Position numbers and translations under genes: made by a program. From positions 133,861-197,860 of the forward strand of contig JAHDVX010000005.1 in assembly GCA_023382455.1 (NCBI GenBank): 64,000 nucleotides of DNA. Reading direction: 5' to 3'. The DNA comes from Flavobacteriales bacterium (lineage in GTDB: Bacteria > Bacteroidota > Bacteroidia > Flavobacteriales_F > PHOS-HE28). How positions within the stretch are numbered: the first letter of the stretch is position 1; each line of letters begins with the position of its first letter. The notes under the pieces are model-generated. The model saw only the letters and a program-made list of their open reading frames with translations, was not told the DNA's origin and searched no databases. Below, piece by piece: positions 47,786-57,024 of the stretch.

Positions 47786-48733
47786 ATGAAATTGCGACAG
47801 CTTCCGCTCTTCCTCCTGCTCATCGCCGCCCTGAGCTCATGCAATGTGGTGCATATGGGCGTGCGCCGCGACACCAAGGCCATGGAGAAGGCAGGGCTGA
47901 AGGCCTACACCTTCACCGATGCCGCGGGGCCGCACTACGTGTGGAGCAGCACCAAGCCGGGCAGCGCCGATGATGGCCGGCCGAAGCTGATGCTGGTGCA
48001 TGGCATCACCAGCCAAAGTCTGATGTGGGCCAGGAACGTGAAGGACCTGTCCGCACACTACGACCTGATCATCCCCGACCTGATCGGCCATGGCCACAGC
48101 ACCGCGCGGTGGACCGGCAACAGCGTGAATGCCCAGACAGCGCACTTGGACCAGATCCTGGACAGCCTCAAGATCGAACAACCGGTGAACCTGGTGGGCG
48201 GTTCCTACGGCGGCGCCATCGCGGCCAACTTCGCCGAGCAGTACCCGGAACGCGTGAAGAAGCTGGTGATCTACGACGGGCCGGCCAGCGATTACACGCG
48301 CGCCATGGCGGACAGCGTGGCGCGGTCCGTGGGCGCCGCGGGCATCAAGGACCTCTTTGAGCCCAAGGACCCGGAAGGCCAGAGGCGCCTCATCTCATTG
48401 GTCACCTACAAACCGATGAAGGTGCCGCGCTTTGCCCTGCACCAGCTGTACGAGGCCATGAAGGACAAGATGCCGAACTACTCCTCACTGCTGCAGGACC
48501 TGCTGGACCGTGCACCGCAGTATGAGCAGAAGACCTACCGCTGGCCCATGCCGGTGTATGTGTTCTGGGGCGCGGGCGACCGCCTGATCCCGATCTCCGT
48601 GGGCCGGGGCATCGTGGCCCGGAACCACCTGCCGGCGGACCATTTCCTGGTGATCCCCCAAGCGGGCCATTCCGGAAACGTGGAGCAGCCGGAGTGGTTC
48701 AACGCCCATTTGATGGAGGTGTTGGGCAAGTAG
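47786..48733 (+). CDS. Alpha/beta hydrolase lipoprotein
   Basis: Lipobox LSSC, VHG, PDL.GHG.S, GGSYGG, WG..D, AGH. Confidence 0.88.
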   Translation: MKLRQLPLFLLLIAALSSCNVVHMGVRRDTKAMEKAGLKAYTFTDAAGPHYVWSSTKPGSADDGRPKLMLVHGITSQSLMWARNVKDLSAHYDLIIPDLIGHGHSTARWTGNSVNAQTAHLDQILDSLKIEQPVNLVGGSYGGAIAANFAEQYPERVKKLVIYDGPASDYTRAMADSVARSVGAAGIKDLFEPKDPEGQRRLISLVTYKPMKVPRFALHQLYEAMKDKMPNYSSLLQDLLDRAPQYEQKTYRWPMPVYVFWGAGDRLIPISVGRGIVARNHLPADHFLVIPQAGHSGNVEQPEWFNAHLMEVLGK

Positions 48734-48755
48734 GAAGCCTCTTGCCCGGGCTTCG

Positions 48756-49655
48756 TCATCGCGCTGCCGTCATCCTCCCCAAGACCAAGGTGAGCCAACA
48801 ACCCGCCACGAACGGAAAGGTGAACACCCCGCCAAAGGGGGCCAACCATCCTGAGGCCAGCAGGCCGAAATGCAGCGCCAGGGTGATCAGTACGGCGATG
48901 AACAGCCATCGCTTGCCTTGGCCTTCCTCGCCGGAGAAGGCAATGGCCGTAAGCAGTGCATTGAAGCCGAACAACCCGGACTGAACGGCCGCGTCCGGCT
49001 CGCCCAGGGCCAAGGCCACCGCAGAACCGGCGTATGCAGCCGCCAAGCCCAACAAGGCCGCGCGGGGCGAGGCCACCAGCACCCCGAGGAAGAAGAGGAT
49101 GCCGGACCAGGTGTTCCCCTGGAAAATGACCTGTCCGTAGCTCTTGGCCCCCCACAGCAGCATGGAGGATGGGCCTGCCGTTTCCATGGCTGCGGGCGCC
49201 GCCTCGGCAGCCCCGGGGAATTGGTGCAACACGAAGATGAAAACCCATGTGATCAGCACGTACGGGAAGGTGTATCCCGGAAGCTGCCGCCGAATGAAGA
49301 TGTGCTGCAGCATGGCCGCCAGCACGCCGCCCGCCACCACCATGGCCCAGATCAAGGTGGTTCCTTGGAAGACCAACACCAGCGCCACGCCCACCAACGC
49401 CGCACTGAAGCCGTGCAGCCCGGCTTGTACATCCGCCGGGCTGAAACGCAGCAACCGGGCGGTGAGCGTGCCCGCCACCGTGGCCACCAGCGCCGCCGCA
49501 CCGAAGTGCAGGCCGCCCACGAACAGGCCGGCCAGAAAGAACAGACCGGTAAAGCGATCTCCCTGCAGCATGATCTGCCCCAGGCCCTTCAGGACGGCAT
49601 CCGCGAAAGGCCAGCGGAGGAAGAACCGGTCCATGTGTGTGCGGAGGGCGTTCAT
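48756..49655 (-). CDS. Urea transporter (UT/Yut family)
   Basis: Duplicated GQ....TGL, GL.GF..L and TFP repeats. Confidence 0.88.
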   Translation of the reverse strand: MNALRTHMDRFFLRWPFADAVLKGLGQIMLQGDRFTGLFFLAGLFVGGLHFGAAALVATVAGTLTARLLRFSPADVQAGLHGFSAALVGVALVLVFQGTTLIWAMVVAGGVLAAMLQHIFIRRQLPGYTFPYVLITWVFIFVLHQFPGAAEAAPAAMETAGPSSMLLWGAKSYGQVIFQGNTWSGILFFLGVLVASPRAALLGLAAAYAGSAVALALGEPDAAVQSGLFGFNALLTAIAFSGEEGQGKRWLFIAVLITLALHFGLLASGWLAPFGGVFTFPFVAGCWLTLVLGRMTAAR

Positions 49656-49769
49656 GGAAATCGGGTCCGTGGCCAAGGTAGTCCGCCGGGTGGCATGGGC
49701 ATCCCGGTACTGCTTGACTGGACCGTCGCCCATTGGGCCTGAGGCGATGGCCCTAACAATGCCTTGCGA

Positions 49770-50047
49770 GTGCCTCGAAGAACCTCGCTCCGGTCTCTTG
49801 CGCCATAACTCCTTGCTCCGCCGAAGCGGCTACTCAAAGGCGAAGTCAGCGACGGCGCGCGTCGTTCATGGCAAGGGCGTATAGCGGTCATCGCTTGCCT
49901 TCATTCGCCCCTACTTCTCCCGCCAAGTCGGAATGAAACAGTTGCCTCCGCCGGTCGGATGCTTCGTTCCCGTTTTCTCTCTTCGGAACGCCTCGTTTGG
50001 ACGAATGATAGCGGCGCGCGCCATCCGTTCGAGGTTTTTCGAGGCAC
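49770..50047. mobile_element. MITE-like non-coding element with 18-bp terminal inverted repeats
   Basis: GTGCCTCGAAGAACCTCG (49770-49787) and CGAGGTTTTTCGAGGCAC (50030-50047) are 17/18 complementary. Confidence 0.55.
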
Positions 50048-50049
50048 CT

Positions 50050-50601
50050 TTATTCCACCGGCACTTGCCGATCCTCGCCGCGCAGGATCCGGCATTTGCC
50101 GGAAAAGGCCAGGTCCTGGGTGATGCTCCTGCGGCCATGGCCGAAGAACACCGCGGTATCCGGCTGGGAGGCATTCAGGTTCAGCAGCACGGTGTTCTCC
50201 TTCCATCGCCCGTCGGGCATCAGCGAACGGTCGTACCAGATCACGCCCACCGTGTCCCGGAGTACTTCACCGACGAAGACCTGGGCCTCATAGAAGCACT
50301 TCCCATCGCCACCGCCCAGCAGACGCCCGGGCATATGCCACGGGGTGAATCGTTCAAGGTTGGCCGTGCTGTCTGCCAGCGGAATGATGTACAGCCCGTC
50401 ACCGGCGGGTCCCGCACCATTGTCCGGCCTGTGCATCAGCAACCATGTGCCCCCGCTGGGCGTGGAAAGGCGCCGGAGCTCAACAGCGCCGGCAGGAGCA
50501 GGGCGCTTGTCCTGTTTTGAATCCGGTTGAAGGCCGGCACGGAATGGGGCTACCGCAACGGCCAAGGGAAGGAGGAGAAGCAGTGCGGGCTTGGCGTGCA
50601 T
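50050..50601 (-). CDS. Hypothetical secreted protein
   Basis: Signal-peptide-like start MHAKPALLLLLPLAVAV. Confidence 0.6.
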   Translation of the reverse strand: MHAKPALLLLLPLAVAVAPFRAGLQPDSKQDKRPAPAGAVELRRLSTPSGGTWLLMHRPDNGAGPAGDGLYIIPLADSTANLERFTPWHMPGRLLGGGDGKCFYEAQVFVGEVLRDTVGVIWYDRSLMPDGRWKENTVLLNLNASQPDTAVFFGHGRRSITQDLAFSGKCRILRGEDRQVPVE

Positions 50602-50759
50602 GGGGGCAGGCTGGCTGGTGCACGAAGCTACTGAGGGCAGGTGAAAATTCAGCATCGCCCACCTGTTGGACGGATCATTTTGGCCCCGGAGAAGCAACGG
50701 GTCGCCATCGTCCTTGCCTGGTTCAACACACGCCCGCAGTTGGCGTGTTGGCGGAGTTG

Positions 50760-52178
50760 TCAAGGCGCAAGGCTTCCGGCCAGCCACTTCAGGCGCAGCT
50801 CCGCCATTTTCGCCTCGAACTGCGCGGTAAGCAACCGGTTCTCCGCCGCCAGCACGCCTTGTTGCACGTCGCGCAGCTCCACCGCCGTGAGCATGCCCAA
50901 CCGGTAGCTCTCCAGGGCCACGTGCTGCTGGGTGCGGAAGCCTTCCAGGTTTCCTTCCTCCAGGGCCACACGTTGGAGGGCATTCCGGTACTGCGTCCAG
51001 AGGTCGAGCAGGTCGCGTTCCAGTTCCAGTTGCACCTGTTGCACGGCGAGGTCCGCCTGCTCGCCCGCCAGGCGTGCCTGCTTCACCGCTTTCACGGCCC
51101 CGCCGCGGAAGAGCGGCACGCTGAGCGTGAGGCCGTATTGCGGCCCCAATCGCTCGTTGCTCTTGAGGAAACCGGCATTGGAGGTGCTGCGCGACCAGCC
51201 GTAGTTGGCGAAGCCATCCAGCTTGGGCAGCAGGGTGCCCCGCAGCTCCTTCACGCTGAGGTCCGCGGCGATGCGCTCCTCGCGGGCCAGTTGCAGGCCG
51301 GAGTTGGCGTTGAGTGCGGCCTGGCGCAAGGTGTCCAACTGCAACGGCGCCGTGGCGGGGATCACGCTGTCCACGGTGAAGGGGGTGCCGGGGTCGCGGC
51401 CCAGCAGCGTGTTCAACGCGGTGTGGGCCATGGCGGCCTGTTGGGCGAGGTCCAGCAGTTGGGCACTGTCGGTGCCCAGGTCCAGGCGCGCTTGTACCAG
51501 CTCCAGGCCGGAAGCGGCACCGAGGCGTTCACCGGTCTCCGCGATGGCGTAGCGCTCGCGGGTGGTTTCCAGGGAACGCTGCAGCACCCGCACGGCCTTT
51601 TCCAGCTGCACCAGCTGATAGTAGCCGGTGAGCACGCTGTAGGTGGTGGCCTCCAGTTGTTGGCGCAGTTGCTGCCCGCCTATGCGCTCCTGGGCTTCCA
51701 AACGGTCCTTGGCGGCGAACATCGTAAGGCCGTCGAAGAGGGTCCAGGTCAGTTCCACCTCGCCGCCGATCGATCGGGCGTCCGCGTTGTCCGTGGTGCG
51801 ATTTTCCCCGGTGAAGAACTCCTGCGTGGTGCTTGCATTGTCCACGCTGTAGCTGCCGTTGGCGTTCACCGACGGCAGCATGCCGGCCGCTCCGGGATTG
51901 TTGCCCAGCTTGGTGATGGCCGCGGCATTCCGCGCGATGCGCACGCCGTGGTTCTTCTCCAAGGCGATGGCCACGGCCTGCTCGGGCGTGAGCACTTGGG
52001 CCGTGGAGGCGAGGGGGAGGAGGAAGAGGAGGAAGGTGAGGAGGGTGACGGAGGGAAAGGAGGTAAGGATGGTAAAGGGGGTAAAGGAGGTGAGGCAGGT
52101 ATGGCCGGAACGGAGGCGGGGGATGCGGCGCCGCCCCGATGAACATGCCTGAGGCCACGGGAGGGTGGAGGTGATCAT
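50760..52178 (-). CDS. TolC-family outer membrane efflux protein
   Basis: AV..ALE.N, LP...A, WTLFDG, VPLF.G; coupled to the RND gene. Confidence 0.9.
   Translation of the reverse strand: MITSTLPWPQACSSGRRRIPRLRSGHTCLTSFTPFTILTSFPSVTLLTFLLFLLPLASTAQVLTPEQAVAIALEKNHGVRIARNAAAITKLGNNPGAAGMLPSVNANGSYSVDNASTTQEFFTGENRTTDNADARSIGGEVELTWTLFDGLTMFAAKDRLEAQERIGGQQLRQQLEATTYSVLTGYYQLVQLEKAVRVLQRSLETTRERYAIAETGERLGAASGLELVQARLDLGTDSAQLLDLAQQAAMAHTALNTLLGRDPGTPFTVDSVIPATAPLQLDTLRQAALNANSGLQLAREERIAADLSVKELRGTLLPKLDGFANYGWSRSTSNAGFLKSNERLGPQYGLTLSVPLFRGGAVKAVKQARLAGEQADLAVQQVQLELERDLLDLWTQYRNALQRVALEEGNLEGFRTQQHVALESYRLGMLTAVELRDVQQGVLAAENRLLTAQFEAKMAELRLKWLAGSLAP
52012..52101. repeat. Degenerate 9-bp tandem array (10 units) in the TolC signal region
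   Basis: Purine-rich units aggaagagg, aggaaggtg, aggagggtg, aaggaggta and similar. Confidence 0.7.
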
Positions 52179-55100
52179 GGTTGCGCGTTCTCGTTTTCCC
52201 CGGATCCACCGGCTTGTGCCTTCAGGTATTCCTTGCTTTCCCCGCTCATGTAGCTGTACAGCCCCGGCACTACGTAAAGGGTGAGCACCAGCGAGAACAG
52301 CAACCCGCCGATGATGACGATGCCCATGGGGATTCGGCTCTTGGCCGCCGCACCAAGCCCCAGCGCGATGGGCAGCACGCCCAGTACCATGGCCAAGGTG
52401 GTCATCAGGATGGGGCGCAGGCGCTGCGTGGCGGCATCGATCACCGCGTCGTACTTCCGCAGGCCATGTTCTTTGCGCTGATTGGCGAATTCCACGATGA
52501 GGATGCCGTTCTTGGTCACCAGGCCGATGAGCACGATGATGCCAATGTTGCTGAAGATGTTCAGCGTATGGTCGCCCAGCCAGAGCGAGATCACGGCACC
52601 GGTCAAGGCCAAGGGTACGGTGAACATGATCACCATGGGGTCCACCCAGCTTTCGAACTGGGCGGCCAGGATGAGGAAGACCAGCACCAGTGCGAGGGCA
52701 AAGGCGAACACCAGGCTGCTGCCGCTCTCGGCGAATTCCTTGCTTTCCCCGGCCAGTGCGGTGCTGAAGCTGTCGTCCAGCAAATCCTCGGCGATGCGGT
52801 CCATGGCGGCGATGCCGTCGCCGATGGTGTAGCCTTCGGCGGGATCGGCGCTGATGGTGGCACTTACGAAACGGTTGTACCGGAAGAGTTGCGGCGGCGT
52901 GCTTTCGTCGGTGAGGCGCACCAGGTTGTCCAACTGGATCAGGTCGCCATTGGTGTTGCGCACGTAGGCGCTGCTGAGGTCCACGGGGGCATCGCGGTTG
53001 CTGCGCATGGCCTGGCCGATCACCTGGTACTGCTTTCCCCGGAAGATGAAGTAGCCGTAGCGCTGGCCGCTGAAATAGAGCTGGAGCGTCTCGGCCAGGT
53101 CCTGCATGGTGACACCCATGGCACGCGCCCGGTCGCGGTCGATCTCCACTCGCATCTCCGGCTTGTTGAACTTCAGGTTCAGGTCGCTCACGCGGAAGGT
53201 CTTGTCCTGGTTCACCCGCTCCATGAAGGCCGGGATCACTTCGCGCAGCCGCTCGAAGTTCGGCGCCTGAAGTACGTATTGCACTGGCAGCCCGCCGCCC
53301 CGGCCCCCGCCGATGGTGGCTTCCTGTGCCACGAAGGTGCGGGCGAAGTTGTGCTTCTGCACCTGCGCCATCACCTGTTTGGCCAGTTGGTCCTGCGTAC
53401 GTGTCCGGTCCTCCGGTTGTACCAGGGCCACCATCACAAAGCCGGTGTTGGTGCTCAAGGCGGACCCGAAGCTGGGGGCGGTAACGCTGAGCAGGGATTG
53501 GCGCTCGGGCAATGTGTCCACGGTCTCGATGATGTCCGTCAAGTAGTCGTTCATCATCTCATAGCTGGTGCCTTCGGGCGCGGTGCTCATGATCCGGAAG
53601 CGGCTCTTGTCCTCCAAGGGCGCCAGTTCGCTCTGCAGCTGGCTGCCCACCAGGAGCGTGAGCCCCACGCTGGCGAGCATGATCACCCAGGCCACCCACC
53701 GCACGGTCATGAACCGCTTCAGCGACTTGTTGTAGCCCTCGGTCATCCGGTGGAAGAAGCGTTCGGAAGCCTCGAACAGGCGGCCACGGCGGTGGCGCAC
53801 CTTCAGGAAATGGGCGCTCATCATGGGGGTGAGCGTAAGGCTGACCACGGCGCTGATGATGACGGCACCCGCCACGGTGACGCCGAACTCGCGGAAGAGC
53901 CGGCCGGTGAGGCCGCTGAGGAAGATCACCGGCAGGAACACCGCGGCGAGCGTGATGGTGATGCTCACGATGGCCATGGCGATCTCCTTGCTGCCCTCGT
54001 GCCCGGCACGGATGGGGTCCATGCCGTGTTCGATCTTGCTGTAGATGTTCTCCAGCACCACGATGGCGTCGTCCACCACGATGCCCGTGGCCAGCAGCAC
54101 GGCCAGCAGCGTGAGGATGTTGATGCTGAAGCCCGCGATGTACATGATGAAGAAGGCGCCGATCAGCGAGATGGGGATGGCGATCACGGGGATGAGCGTG
54201 GTGCGCCAGTCGCGCAGGAAGATGAAGATGATGAGCACCACCAGGGCGAAAGCGATGAAGATGGTCTCCTCCACCTCGCTGATGGCCTTGCGGATGCCCA
54301 CGGTGGTGTCCATGGCCAAGGTGTAGCGCAGGTCGTCCGGCAGTTCCTTCTTGATCTGCTCGACACGCTGGTGGAAAGCATCGGCGATGGCGATGTAGTT
54401 GCTGCCCGGCTGCGGGGTGATGGCCACGGCCACCATGGGCACCGCGCCAATGCCGCGCAGCAGGCTCCTCTCGTTTTCCGGAAGCAGCTCGGCGCGGCCC
54501 ACGTCGCGAAGGCGCACCACGGTGCCGCCGTTGTCCCGCAGGATCAGGTCGTTGAATTGCACGGGCGTGCTCATCCGGCCCATGGTGCGGATGGTGAGCT
54601 CGGTGCGGTAGCCTTCGATGCGGCCGCTGGGCAGTTCCACGTTTTCACGCAGCAGGGCCGCGCGGACGTCACTCGGGGTGACGTTGTACCCCGCCATTTT
54701 CACCGGGTCCAGCAGCAACTTCATGCTGTACTTCTTCTCGCCCCAGATGTTGATCTGGCTCACCCCCGGGATCGTCTGCAGCCGTTCCTTGAAATCATTG
54801 TTGGCGATCTCGGTCAGCTCCAGCAGGTCGCGCTGGTCGCTTTGGATCGTCATGGAGATGATCGGGCTGCTGTCGGCATCGCTCTTCACCACGATGGGCG
54901 GGTCGGCATCCTGTGGCAGGTTGCGCACGGCCCGGCTCACGCGGTCGCGCACGTCGTTGGCTGCGGCCTCCAGGTCCTGGTCCAGCTCGAATTCCACCGT
55001 GATGGTGCTGCGCCCGTCCGTGCTGATGCTGCTCAGCGTGCGGATGCCGGCGATGCCGTTGATGCTTTCCTCCAGGATCTCGGTGATCTGGCTCTCGATG

Positions 55101-55273
55101 ATGTCGGCGTTGGCGCCGGGGTAGTTGGTGGTGACGGTGATCACCGGCGGGTCCACGCTGGGGTATTCCCGTACACCGAGGTAGGTGAAGCCGATCACCC
55201 CGAACAGTACGAGCAGGATCGAGATCACCGTGGCCAGCACGGGCCGGTTGATGGAGAGGGAGCTGATGTTCAT
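52175..55273 (-). CDS. RND efflux permease (AcrB/HAE1 family)
   Basis: GIVVDDAIVVLEN, AVFLP, GLVTKNGILIVEFAN, RLRPILMT. Confidence 0.96.
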   Translation of the reverse strand: MNISSLSINRPVLATVISILLVLFGVIGFTYLGVREYPSVDPPVITVTTNYPGANADIIESQITEILEESINGIAGIRTLSSISTDGRSTITVEFELDQDLEAAANDVRDRVSRAVRNLPQDADPPIVVKSDADSSPIISMTIQSDQRDLLELTEIANNDFKERLQTIPGVSQINIWGEKKYSMKLLLDPVKMAGYNVTPSDVRAALLRENVELPSGRIEGYRTELTIRTMGRMSTPVQFNDLILRDNGGTVVRLRDVGRAELLPENERSLLRGIGAVPMVAVAITPQPGSNYIAIADAFHQRVEQIKKELPDDLRYTLAMDTTVGIRKAISEVEETIFIAFALVVLIIFIFLRDWRTTLIPVIAIPISLIGAFFIMYIAGFSINILTLLAVLLATGIVVDDAIVVLENIYSKIEHGMDPIRAGHEGSKEIAMAIVSITITLAAVFLPVIFLSGLTGRLFREFGVTVAGAVIISAVVSLTLTPMMSAHFLKVRHRRGRLFEASERFFHRMTEGYNKSLKRFMTVRWVAWVIMLASVGLTLLVGSQLQSELAPLEDKSRFRIMSTAPEGTSYEMMNDYLTDIIETVDTLPERQSLLSVTAPSFGSALSTNTGFVMVALVQPEDRTRTQDQLAKQVMAQVQKHNFARTFVAQEATIGGGRGGGLPVQYVLQAPNFERLREVIPAFMERVNQDKTFRVSDLNLKFNKPEMRVEIDRDRARAMGVTMQDLAETLQLYFSGQRYGYFIFRGKQYQVIGQAMRSNRDAPVDLSSAYVRNTNGDLIQLDNLVRLTDESTPPQLFRYNRFVSATISADPAEGYTIGDGIAAMDRIAEDLLDDSFSTALAGESKEFAESGSSLVFAFALALVLVFLILAAQFESWVDPMVIMFTVPLALTGAVISLWLGDHTLNIFSNIGIIVLIGLVTKNGILIVEFANQRKEHGLRKYDAVIDAATQRLRPILMTTLAMVLGVLPIALGLGAAAKSRIPMGIVIIGGLLFSLVLTLYVVPGLYSYMSGESKEYLKAQAGGSGENENAQP

Positions 55274-55277
55274 GGTC

Positions 55278-56390
55278 CTAATTCTCCTCGTCCGATTCCG
55301 CGATGTCCGGCTTGGCGGTGCCGTTGGTGGTCTTTTTGGCCAGGGCGGGCTTCACCGCCATGCCGTCGCGCACGGCCAGCAAGGCACTGGTGATCACCGT
55401 GTCCCCGGGCTGCACATGGCTGGTCAGTTGCACGCTGGTCTCCGTGCGGATGCCGATGTGGACCCGCACGCTGTGTGCCTTGCCGCCCTTCATCACCATC
55501 ACCTTTTCCCCTTGGATATCGGGCACCAGGGCTTCAGCAGGAATAGTAAGCGCATCCGGGATGGTCTCCAGCCGCACATCCACTTTTGCAAAGCTGCCCG
55601 GCACCAGGCGCCCGCCCGGATTGGCGCACCGCGCGCGCACCTTGATGCTGCGCGTGGCCAGGTCCACGCTGGCCTCCTCGGCATAGACCTCCGCCACGTG
55701 TTTCGTGGTGTCCCCTTCCAGGGTGAAGCCCACCTTGGTGCCCGGCCGCAGCTGGCGGGCATAGCGCTCAGGTACGGAGAAGTCGAGCTTGATGGGGTCC
55801 GACTGGGTAAGGGTGGCAATGGGCGAGTTCGGGCTCACGAAACCGCCTGCGCTGACATTGCGCAGGCCTACGGTACCGCTGAAAGGCGCCCGGATGGTGT
55901 ACTTGGCGATCAAGGCCTGCAGGTTGTCCACCTCGGCCTGCTTGCCGATACGCTGTGCGCGTGTGGCGTCGAAGGCCTCTTGGCTGATGCCCTTGGCCTG
56001 CAGCAGCTGCGCCTGCCTGTCCTCGGTGACCTGCGCCAACTGGAGCTCGGCCTGCGCCTTGCGCAGCTGGGCCTGCAGGTCGTCGTCCTGGAGGCGCACC
56101 AGCACTTGCCCTGCGGCCACGCGCTCGCCTTCACGGAAGTTGATCGACGCGATCCGGCCGTTCACCTCGCTTTGCAGCTCCACCGTTTCATTGGCCAGCA
56201 GCGTGCCGCTAGCACTGAACCGGTTGGTGAGTGGAGCGGGGGAGAGCACATGTACCTGCACGGCCATCGGGCCCGAGGGGCCCATGCCACCGGCAGGGCC
56301 GGCGCCCTTGTCCTCGCCACCGCAGCCGGCGGTGAGCATCAATAAGGCCAGGGCGGCTGTCCCGGACATGGACACATCGTTCTTCCTCAT
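55278..56390 (-). CDS. RND periplasmic adaptor (MFP) lipoprotein
   Basis: Lipobox TAGC, lipoyl/hairpin motifs, IRAPFSG. Confidence 0.93.
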   Translation of the reverse strand: MRKNDVSMSGTAALALLMLTAGCGGEDKGAGPAGGMGPSGPMAVQVHVLSPAPLTNRFSASGTLLANETVELQSEVNGRIASINFREGERVAAGQVLVRLQDDDLQAQLRKAQAELQLAQVTEDRQAQLLQAKGISQEAFDATRAQRIGKQAEVDNLQALIAKYTIRAPFSGTVGLRNVSAGGFVSPNSPIATLTQSDPIKLDFSVPERYARQLRPGTKVGFTLEGDTTKHVAEVYAEEASVDLATRSIKVRARCANPGGRLVPGSFAKVDVRLETIPDALTIPAEALVPDIQGEKVMVMKGGKAHSVRVHIGIRTETSVQLTSHVQPGDTVITSALLAVRDGMAVKPALAKKTTNGTAKPDIAESDEEN

Positions 56391-56854
56391 CGCGTACTGC
56401 TTGGGTTCGTTTTGGTGCTTGAGTTGGCCTTTTTAAGCCGCTCCACCATGTATTTCACTTCCTGGATCGCCGCCCATCGCTCCGCTGCCGGCATCCCGTC
56501 CAAGGCGATGCTGTTCAAGGAACTGTAGGACCGCCGTATGGAGCGGACCAATGGACGGGCCTTGGGCAGCAGCTCCAGATGATGCTTCCGGCGGTCGTTC
56601 GGGCAAGGCCGGCGTGCCACGTACCCCTCGGCGCTCAGGTGGTCGATGGCACGCACCATGGTGGCCTTGTCCAGGCTCAGCTCATCCGCCAATTGCTGCT
56701 GCGAGAGCGGGGCTTGGGCATCGGCCAGGTGTACCAGGATGTAGAACCAGCGGTCCAGCCCCTGGGGAACCAGCATCCTGCGCATGGCCAGCAGGTATTG
56801 TTGCCCGGCCATGGCACACCAATAGCCCAATGAATCCTCCTTATTCTTCGGCAT
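56387..56854 (-). CDS. MarR family regulator
   Basis: SQQQLA..L.LDKATMVR.ID.L...GYV.R....DRR. Confidence 0.9.
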   Translation of the reverse strand: MPKNKEDSLGYWCAMAGQQYLLAMRRMLVPQGLDRWFYILVHLADAQAPLSQQQLADELSLDKATMVRAIDHLSAEGYVARRPCPNDRRKHHLELLPKARPLVRSIRRSYSSLNSIALDGMPAAERWAAIQEVKYMVERLKKANSSTKTNPSSTR

Positions 56855-56872
56855 CCACGATTTTCCGGGGCG

Positions 56873-56880
56873 CAAAGGTA
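56873..56880 (-). promoter_or_regulatory. Bacteroidota -7 promoter element
   Basis: TACCTTTG upstream of marR. Confidence 0.55.
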
Positions 56881-56884
56881 CCAT

Positions 56885-56912
56885 GGAGATCGTTTCAAGT
56901 GAAACTATCTCC
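56885..56912. promoter_or_regulatory. Candidate MarR operator
   Basis: GGAGATCGTTTCA-AG-TGAAACTATCTCC palindrome (12/13) directly upstream of the -7 element. Confidence 0.65.
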
Positions 56913-57024
56913 GCCCGCCGGGTTAATGATCGTGAAAGTCCCGGTGAACAGGCGGTCCCGGTGGTGCCCGTTCGGTAGGCTTCCCTTACTTTGCCGCCCT
57001 TGAACGGATCAAATCGAACCATCC

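Noticed and set aside
48756-49655. Urea transporter without adjacent urease
   Set aside because: Stand-alone UT genes are not unusual, and urease could lie outside the window
52181-55393. Very long antisense ORFs (1070 aa here; also 8267-10450, 13973-16057, 16263-18272, 19123-21252)
   Set aside because: Shadow ORFs produced by high-GC codon bias opposite well-supported genes
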